Source: Deltaproteobacteria bacterium (lineage in GTDB: Bacteria; Desulfobacterota_D; UBA1144; Nemesobacterales; CSP1-2). From it: a stretch of 64,000 bases of DNA. Below the pieces are notes generated by a model. That model searched no databases, was not told the origin of the DNA, and saw only the letters and a list, made by a program, of their open reading frames with translations. The stretch's first letter is position 1. Each line of letters starts with the position of its first letter. The stretch is taken from NCBI GenBank assembly GCA_052390235.1, contig JBQTHB010000003.1, forward strand, positions 273,403 through 337,402, written 5' to 3'. Positions 57,491 through 64,000 of this stretch are shown here, in pieces. The translations under genes were made by a program, and so were the position numbers.

Positions 57491-57958
57491 ATGAGCGATA
57501 AAATAATCGAAGCCGGCGACAGCGTGAGAATGGACTCTACGCTGAAACTCGAAGGGCGTGAGGTCGGCAAACCCTACAAAAGCGGGGTCTTCGTGGAGGT
57601 TAAAAAAGGGGCGATAATCAACGGATTGCTCCAGAACATCCTCGGCATGGGCGAGGGCGAAAGCAAGATATTCATGGTCTCCCCCGAAGACGGTTATGGC
57701 TACGGCGACACCGCGCTCATCAAAAAAATCAGCCTCGAACACTTTACGGAGTGTAAAATTACCCCCGAAGTTGGTATGCGCATCAGAACTCAGCACGGCG
57801 ACTGCGAGATATTCGAGATTACCGACAAAGAGGTCGAGGTGGACTACAATCACCCCCTGTGCGGTAAAATCTTGCTCTTCAACGTTAAAATCCTCGAAAT
57901 AGCCAAGAGAGACCCATACCAGAGAGAAGAAAAAACCCTCGAAGACTATTTCTTCTAA
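57491..57958 (+). CDS. FKBP-type peptidyl-prolyl cis-trans isomerase (SlyD-like, with IF insertion)
   Basis: It has a SlyD-like FKBP domain with an insert-in-flap region. The matches are 'GDSVRMDSTLKLEGREV' and 'MVSPEDGYGYGD'. It is 155 aa. Confidence 0.75.
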   Translation: MSDKIIEAGDSVRMDSTLKLEGREVGKPYKSGVFVEVKKGAIINGLLQNILGMGEGESKIFMVSPEDGYGYGDTALIKKISLEHFTECKITPEVGMRIRTQHGDCEIFEITDKEVEVDYNHPLCGKILLFNVKILEIAKRDPYQREEKTLEDYFF

Positions 57959-58044
57959 ACCCATCCCCGTGGGCAGCAAAAGGAGAGTGCGGCTAGCGAG
58001 TAGAGACTATCTCAAAACTGCTCTGGCTGTCCTTGCGAATGCAC

Positions 58045-58295
58045 TCAGCGCTGTCATTCCAAACGTCTCAATTCTGTCATTCCGAACGCAGAGAGGAATC
58101 TTATTCAAGATTTCTCGCTATCACTCGAAATGACAGTAGAGAAGGAAATGACAAGAGGCAAAGAGGTAAAACAGCGCAGAGGGGCGAAATAATCAAAGTG
58201 GTGTCATTCCCGCAAGTCTTCTGAGCGGAAATCCATTTCATCTTTACCCTGAGCGGAGTCGAACTATGGATTTCCCACTTTCGTGAGAGGGGCGT
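58045..58295. repeat. Composite repeat locus G (R1+R2+R3, about 235 bp), downstream of the FKBP gene. It is a near-identical direct copy of locus F.
   Basis: 'gtcattccgaacgcagagaggaatcttattcaagatttctcgctatcactcgaaatgacagtagagaagg...gtgtcattcccgcaagtcttctgagcggaaatccatttcatctttaccctgagcggagtcgaactatggatttcccactttcgtgagagg' is collinear with locus F at roughly 85-90% identity. Confidence 0.85.
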
Positions 58296-58391
58296 ACCTC
58301 GAAGGTAAGTTTCCCTTGCATCTTGGGCGAAGCTCGGCATTATATAACTTTGATCGGTTGAATCCTCCGCAGACGGCACAGTTTCCGCGAG

Positions 58392-60209
58392 ATGAAAAGC
58401 CCAAGAGTCATCCCCTTCAGCGCCGCCTTATTAGTTTTTGTCCTTTTCCTCCTGCCGGAGTTTGCCTTTTCCGAGGCGAACTCCCCCGAGCCGGCAATAT
58501 CGAAGCTCAGAATCAGGGGAGCAAAAATCATATCCAAAAAAGAAATCGGCGAGAAAATCGCAACCGAATTCCCCTCGCTGAAGCCCTGGGCGCGCCGCCC
58601 TGAGTTCAGCGAAGAAATCCTCGCGGACGATATGCTCCGAATCAAGAAAATCTACGCAGACAACGGATACTACGACACCGAGGCGGCATACGACCTCAAA
58701 TTCGGCGATGATGAGAAAACCGTCGAAATCACCATCCGAATTGACGAGGGCGCGCCCGTCATCCTCGCAGAATTCTATATCGAGGGCGAGGCGGACGATA
58801 AAACCAGACGCGAAATCCTGCTATTAACCCCGCTTAAGGTTGATAACCCGTTCTCGCCTCTGAAATATATCGAGACGAAAAATGCAATATCCGCCTACTT
58901 CCTTGAGCGCGGCTACCCGAAAGCCGAGGTCAAGGGCGAAGCCCTAGTGAACAGGCGCGAAAAAAGGGCGAAGGTTACATTCAAAGTAAATTCCGGCTCC
59001 CCCCACACATTCGGCAAAGTGTCCATTGAAGGGGCGAACGCGGTCTCCGAGGGCGTGATACGGCGCGAAATCACATTCGCCGAGGGGGATTCCTATTCGA
59101 TTCAGAAAATTAATGAAACGCGCTCCCGAATCTTCCGCCTAGACCTCTTTACCTCGGTCGTGGTTGACAGCGGCTTCAACGCAGATTCCCAAACGGCGGA
59201 CATTACGGTCAAAGTGGTGGAGCGCAAACTCGGCACAATTAAAACCGGAGTCGGCTTCGGCACGGAAGACCTGTTCCGGGGGCAGGTGATTCTCACGCAG
59301 AGAAATCTCTTCGGCGGGGCGAGGAGGTTCGATACTGCGGGGAAATTTTCCTTCCTCACGCAGAGATTCGAGGGAACTTTCACGCAGCCCTACGCCCTCG
59401 GCGGGGGTTCAGAGGTGAGCGCGGGCTTGAACATTGCCCGGGACGACCTTCCGAGCTTCACCTCCGAAACCGTCCTCGGACGAGTCGCCACGCGAAAGAG
59501 CCTCGGCAAATCGCTTTCGGCTTTTGGCTCGTTTAATGTCCAGTCATCAGACCTCAAAGACGTATCCGAGGCAACGGAGGATTTTATCAGGCGGAACAAT
59601 TTCTTCCTCACGTCCATTGGGGCGGGGCTTGAAATGAACACCGCAGACAATATTTTAAACCCCTCGCGGGGCGCCGTGGCAACCATTGGAGCCGAGGCAT
59701 CGCTCAGAGCCCTTGGGTCTGATGTGAACTATGTCCAAGCCACAGCCGAGGTCAAAACCTACAGAAAACTGTTCGGGAACATCGTCCTTGCCAATAGACT
59801 CCTCGCTGGAGTGGTTCAGCCATTCGGCGCAACCGGGACGTTCGACATCCCTATTTTTAAGCGATTTTTCGCCGGTGGAAGCGCGAGCATGAGGGGTTTT
59901 GCGTTTCAAAAACTGGGGCCGCTCGACGAGAACGAAGACCCTGTAGGGGGCAATTCCATTCTCTTGGGGAGCGCCGAGACTAGATTCCCGATATACAGAG
60001 ACCTCGGCGGGGTCGCTTTTTTAGACATCGGAGGTGTCTATCCGAGGGAATTTGAGTTCGATTTGGGGGATATAAAATACGCCGCCGGCTTGGGGGCGCG
60101 CTACAACACTATAGTGGGGCCACTCAGGGCGGATGTGGGCTATGCCCTGAACCCGGAGCCGGGGATAGGCAGAATTCAATTTTTCTTGAGCATCGGCCAT
60201 GCGTTCTAA
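58392..60209 (+). CDS. tamA: Omp85-family outer-membrane protein, TamA-like (POTRA domains plus beta-barrel)
   Basis: It has a signal peptide and POTRA repeats. The C-terminal barrel ends '...FFLSIGHAF' in an aromatic residue. At 605 aa and followed by a tamB-like gene, it favours TamA over BamA. Confidence 0.75.
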   Translation: MKSPRVIPFSAALLVFVLFLLPEFAFSEANSPEPAISKLRIRGAKIISKKEIGEKIATEFPSLKPWARRPEFSEEILADDMLRIKKIYADNGYYDTEAAYDLKFGDDEKTVEITIRIDEGAPVILAEFYIEGEADDKTRREILLLTPLKVDNPFSPLKYIETKNAISAYFLERGYPKAEVKGEALVNRREKRAKVTFKVNSGSPHTFGKVSIEGANAVSEGVIRREITFAEGDSYSIQKINETRSRIFRLDLFTSVVVDSGFNADSQTADITVKVVERKLGTIKTGVGFGTEDLFRGQVILTQRNLFGGARRFDTAGKFSFLTQRFEGTFTQPYALGGGSEVSAGLNIARDDLPSFTSETVLGRVATRKSLGKSLSAFGSFNVQSSDLKDVSEATEDFIRRNNFFLTSIGAGLEMNTADNILNPSRGAVATIGAEASLRALGSDVNYVQATAEVKTYRKLFGNIVLANRLLAGVVQPFGATGTFDIPIFKRFFAGGSASMRGFAFQKLGPLDENEDPVGGNSILLGSAETRFPIYRDLGGVAFLDIGGVYPREFEFDLGDIKYAAGLGARYNTIVGPLRADVGYALNPEPGIGRIQFFLSIGHAF

Positions 60210-63200
60210 GATTCTAAAAACTGTTGGAATATCCATGGCGGCGCTGGCGATGCTCATCGGGGCAGTATTGCTCCTGAGCAGGACGGAGTATTTCAAAGCC
60301 GAGCTCAAAACACTCGTCCAGAGAGCCGTAAGCGAGGCGGCGGGACAAGAATTCACAATAGAGAAAATCGAAGGAGACCTAGCGCGAGGCTTTCGACTCA
60401 AGGGAGTCTCGCTTAAAATCGAGCGAGGAGATTTTGTCAGCATAGAAGAGGCGTCGATTCGGTACTCTATAGCGTCGCTTTTCGATACGAATACCCTCTT
60501 TGCCAGAACGCTCGTAATAGGAAAAATAGCGGTGAGCGGGCTGAGTGTGAATCTGGAGAAGGGCGGGGACGGCGCTTGGAATTTCGATAAGCTCGGCGGC
60601 GGCGATGAGAAGAGAGATAACCCCCAACAAAATAGCTCATGGAGCGTTGTTTTGCAGAGCGTCGAGTTCGATAGGGCGCGGATTCGACTCGCCGACGGAA
60701 CAAAGGACGGCGCGAAGGAAATTGACATTGCGGCGCTGGATTTCTCCGTAAAAGCGTTGGGTCTCAGCCGAAAAATTATACTCGGCATCCAAAATGCGGA
60801 TGTCAGCGTCCTTCCCGGCGACGCGCGAATTACAGGGGTGTCGGGCGGGCTAATCTACGAGAGGGACAGAGCGGAGATTCAAAATTTGAGGCTCAATTTC
60901 AACGGAGCGGATGTGCAGATTGAGGGCGGCGCGAGGGATTTGGCTAAGCCTGAATTCAGCGCCGCAGCCTCAATTAAGGGCTTCAAATTCAGCCGAGGCG
61001 TTATAAATATCGAAGCCGAGGCGCGGGGAGTCGTCCGAAGCCCGCAGGACATAGAGGCGCAAGGGAGGCTCAGGCTCGCAGGCTCGGAAATCATGGGGGA
61101 GAAAGTATCCGCCTCAATTGAGAAAATCACGATGGACGGCGCGAGGGTTGACATTGCGGAGGGGACGCTAAAGAGCGGCATCGGAGGGCTGACCCTGAGT
61201 GGATGGGCGGATTTAACCCGGATTCTCACGAAAAAGGGCGAGAACTCATTCCAGATGAATATTGCGGCGCAGGACGCGGATTTATCCAAAATTCCCGGTT
61301 TGAAGGCTAAGACGAATCTACTCGTTACAAAGGCGGATTTAGACGTCGAGGGGGCGTGGAGGGAGTTTGGGGATTTCACGGCGGCGGTGAAAATCAACGA
61401 ACTGGCAGGGAGGGCGAAGGAGGGAGAATTTGCCGCATCCGGCACAGTTGAGGCGACGAGCCGAGAGGCCGGGTTTAATCTCGCCTTGAAACTCGCCAAG
61501 CTAGACCCGGACACATTTCTAGGAGACGGGAGGGCTAAGGGGAGCATAAATTCTGCAATTGAGCTTGACGGCTCTGTGGAGTTTGCGGGGGATTTACTGG
61601 ATATGCTCAGAGCCTCGGTTCGGGCTGAGATTTTCCCATCGACCCTCGCAGGCATAGAAATCGCGTCGGCGAAACTCGACGCCTCCTACGCGCGCAGGGA
61701 GCTTGCCATAAAATCGTTATCACTCGCCTCGGACGCTGCGACCATCAGCGCAAAAGGCGACGGGCGGCGGATGAATTTCGGCTATGAGGCAGAGGTCAAG
61801 GACTTAGCCGCCGTATCGAAATTCCTGCCAGAGGTCGGGCTAGGAGGCTCGCTCAGCGCCAAGGGAAGGGTTCGCGGGAGCATAGAAAAGGCAGAATTCA
61901 CGCTTGAGGGGCTAGTTAAAAACCTCGCTTCTTATGGAAGAGACCTCGAGGCGTCGGCAGTCGCCCTCAAGGCGGACGGCACAGTAGGGAAATCGGGAGA
62001 GCTAGATTTGCGCTCGTCGGGGGAGATTAAAGAAGCCCGCATTCAGGATACAGAGATAGAGATGGGAAAGTTCGATGCCGCCCTCAGGGGAGATACTATC
62101 AGGGCGAAAGTGCGGGTTACGCAAAGCGATGCGCGCGCGCTTAGCGCCGAATTTACCCTCTCGAACCTCAGAGGGAAGGAGAAAAGCGTCGAGGTCGCAA
62201 GGCTCGAGCTATCCCTCGGCAAAACCACCCTAAAGAGCGCGGAACCCATATCCGCTCGCATATCCCCCGAAAAATTGCATCTCGCATCGTTTAATATCGG
62301 CTACAAGGAGAGCTTCATTAAAGCTGACGCCGATGTGAATTTCGGCGGGCGCGCTAGGGCGCGGGTTGAACTGAGCCGGCTCGATTTGGCGGATTTATCC
62401 TCCGCGCTGGGTTTCGAGAAGCCCGTAAGCGGCAGGGCTTCGGGGAATTTTAGTCTCGATGGGGATTTCGCAAAACCGCGCATCGGGGCGTTGCTTCAGG
62501 CGGAGGGAGTCGCCATTGGAGACTTCAAAAGCGACAAAGCGGGGTTATCTCTAAATTATGCGGACAGCAGTCTCACTCTCGCAGGAGGCATCGAGCGCGA
62601 GGGAGGAGAGATTCTGCGCGCTGGCGGCACGGCTGAGGTTGACCTCAATTTAACAAAACTCGGCGAGAACATCCCCCGCGCGAGGTTTAATCTGACCGTG
62701 AAATCCAACGGGATTGACCTCAGTCCCGTCGCAAAGCTGAGCGAGGAGATACGGGAGCTACGGGGAATTGCCGTAATTGACCTCAGGGTTTCAGGGAGCG
62801 TTGACTCCCCCAAAGCGTCCGGCAGGGTGGAATTAAAGAGCGCGGCAGTGAGAATCCACACCCTCAGGAACGAGATAAAAATCCCGTCTGCGGTGATTGA
62901 GATTCAGGGGCAGAGAGGGGCGATACGCACTCTTGAGGTTCAGTCCGGCGGAGGGCGGGCGAAATTCAGCGGCGACTTCAACCTCGGCACCCTCAATTAC
63001 AGCATCGCAGGAACGCTAGATAATTTCGAGGTAAAGCCCAAAAGAATCACCGCAAGTATCACCGGAGATATGAATCTCTCAGGGCAGGACGGCAGGATGA
63101 ATATCACGGGCAGCGCTTTGGTAAACCGGGCACGCATCCGAATCCCCGAAGAAGCGGCTAAGGACATCGAGGACATCAAATTCACCGACGAGGGCGGGGC

Positions 63201-64000
63201 AGGGGAAGAAGAGGAGTTCCTGATCGGCGACACGAAAGAGACCGATTTTTTCAAGGATAAAGTCGGCATGGATATAAAAATCTCCCTGCGTGGCAACACT
63301 TGGGTTCGCGGCAGAGGGGCAAATGTCGAGTTGACCGGAAACCTAGGGGTCGCCAAGAGGCATGAAAATCCCATCGTCATTACGGGAAATATCAACGCCG
63401 CGCGGGGAACTTACGAGTTCCTAGGGAAACTGTTCGAGATAGAAGAAGGCAGGGTAACTTTTCAGGGAACGCCTGAGATAAACCCATTTCTCAATGTGAG
63501 GGCTCTGTACGAGGTCTCGGACGTGGACATATTCGTCAACGTCGGCGGCACGGTTGAAAAACCTGAGATAAAGCTCACAAGCGAACCTGCGATGGAGGAG
63601 ACGGATATATTTTCATATCTCATCTTCGGGACATCGTCGAGCAGGCTCGGCGCTGGCGAGAGGGTATCGCTTCAGCAAAAAGCGGCGGAAACGCTTGGGA
63701 ATCTAGCGATAGGCGAGCTAAAGGGAATCGTGGGGGATAGGCTCTCGCTTGATTTAATCAGGGTTCAAAGCGCGGAGGGGGGGACAGAGTTTGAAGTGGG
63801 CAAATATCTCACAGACGACCTATTTATAGCTTACGAGCGGGACTCGGACACAAAAACCACGGGAAGCGCGTCGGGAGGCGGCGCGGGGGCGGTGCGCGTC
63901 GAGTACAGGCTATTTGATTTCCTGAGCCTAGAGAGCCAAGTCGGCGGAGATAGGGCGGGAGGGGACGTGTTCTTTAAATTCGACTACTCCTGCTCGTTTC
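60199..64000 (+). CDS. tamB: TamB/AsmA-family translocation and assembly module protein (N-terminal approximately 1260 codons; gene runs off the window end)
   Basis: The open frame runs from ATG 60199 with no stop to position 64000. It has an N-terminal signal anchor 'ISMAALAMLIGAVLLL' and long beta-rich repeats. Near 63790 there is a DUF490-like 'KYLTDDLFIAYERD'. It is absent from the ORF track because it has no in-window stop. The minus-strand ORFs at 60021-63395 are antisense artefacts. Confidence 0.75.
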   Translation, partial: MRSKILKTVGISMAALAMLIGAVLLLSRTEYFKAELKTLVQRAVSEAAGQEFTIEKIEGDLARGFRLKGVSLKIERGDFVSIEEASIRYSIASLFDTNTLFARTLVIGKIAVSGLSVNLEKGGDGAWNFDKLGGGDEKRDNPQQNSSWSVVLQSVEFDRARIRLADGTKDGAKEIDIAALDFSVKALGLSRKIILGIQNADVSVLPGDARITGVSGGLIYERDRAEIQNLRLNFNGADVQIEGGARDLAKPEFSAAASIKGFKFSRGVINIEAEARGVVRSPQDIEAQGRLRLAGSEIMGEKVSASIEKITMDGARVDIAEGTLKSGIGGLTLSGWADLTRILTKKGENSFQMNIAAQDADLSKIPGLKAKTNLLVTKADLDVEGAWREFGDFTAAVKINELAGRAKEGEFAASGTVEATSREAGFNLALKLAKLDPDTFLGDGRAKGSINSAIELDGSVEFAGDLLDMLRASVRAEIFPSTLAGIEIASAKLDASYARRELAIKSLSLASDAATISAKGDGRRMNFGYEAEVKDLAAVSKFLPEVGLGGSLSAKGRVRGSIEKAEFTLEGLVKNLASYGRDLEASAVALKADGTVGKSGELDLRSSGEIKEARIQDTEIEMGKFDAALRGDTIRAKVRVTQSDARALSAEFTLSNLRGKEKSVEVARLELSLGKTTLKSAEPISARISPEKLHLASFNIGYKESFIKADADVNFGGRARARVELSRLDLADLSSALGFEKPVSGRASGNFSLDGDFAKPRIGALLQAEGVAIGDFKSDKAGLSLNYADSSLTLAGGIEREGGEILRAGGTAEVDLNLTKLGENIPRARFNLTVKSNGIDLSPVAKLSEEIRELRGIAVIDLRVSGSVDSPKASGRVELKSAAVRIHTLRNEIKIPSAVIEIQGQRGAIRTLEVQSGGGRAKFSGDFNLGTLNYSIAGTLDNFEVKPKRITASITGDMNLSGQDGRMNITGSALVNRARIRIPEEAAKDIEDIKFTDEGGAGEEEEFLIGDTKETDFFKDKVGMDIKISLRGNTWVRGRGANVELTGNLGVAKRHENPIVITGNINAARGTYEFLGKLFEIEEGRVTFQGTPEINPFLNVRALYEVSDVDIFVNVGGTVEKPEIKLTSEPAMEETDIFSYLIFGTSSSRLGAGERVSLQQKAAETLGNLAIGELKGIVGDRLSLDLIRVQSAEGGTEFEVGKYLTDDLFIAYERDSDTKTTGSASGGGAGAVRVEYRLFDFLSLESQVGGDRAGGDVFFKFDYSCSF

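Noticed and set aside
60021-63395. Several 100-250-aa minus-strand ORFs (60021-60788, 60879-61655, 62556-62861, 62997-63395)
   Set aside because: They are antisense to a long uninterrupted plus-strand frame with clear TamB features. Their Ser/Ala/Pro-rich low-complexity translations are typical of the wrong strand in GC-rich coding DNA.

Overview
This is a roughly 60% GC bacterial chromosomal window with dense coding on both strands and no rRNA, tRNA, CRISPR array or recognisable transposase.

Coding content:
- An autotrophy (Calvin cycle) cluster sits on the minus strand at 1-6360. It reads long transaldolase-family gene -> cbbL -> cbbS (red-type form I RuBisCO) -> cbbX -> prk -> small Zn-ribbon ORF -> a transketolase N-terminus truncated by the window edge.
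- Elsewhere there is a glcD-glcE-glcF glycolate oxidase locus, moaD-modABC (molybdate uptake), dnaB, ptsP (GAF-EI-Ntr) and a sigma-54 activator.
- There are also an S8 subtilase, a fused AccA-AccD carboxyltransferase, a pyruvoyl-dependent arginine decarboxylase (pdaD), and tamA plus tamB (the latter truncated by the window end).

Non-coding content:
- The dominant non-coding signal is a modular, hairpin-forming MITE-like repeat family built around the cores 'gtcattccg..ggaatc', 'gtcattcccgc..gcgggaatcc' and 'gagcggagtcgaac..gggattcccactttcgtgagaatgac'. It occurs at seven or more intergenic loci.
- Inverted copies of this repeat bracket a 3.4 kb segment, and roughly 235-bp direct copies flank an FKBP gene.
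- A second short motif, 'GTCTCGMAACTMAAAACTAAAAACTC', recurs at three convergent gene junctions.

Candidate novel systems:
- A five-gene operon centred on a P1B-like P-type ATPase. TM6 has YHT where CPC is expected, and the N-terminal HMA-like domain has no cysteines. It sits with a Cys-less HMA-like small paralog, two small membrane proteins and a coiled-coil protein.
- A 432-aa protein carrying a Cas4/AddB-like Fe-S nuclease cysteine signature.
- A voltage-sensor-like domain fused to a class III adenylyl cyclase.
- An orphan ParA-like ATPase with a small charged partner.
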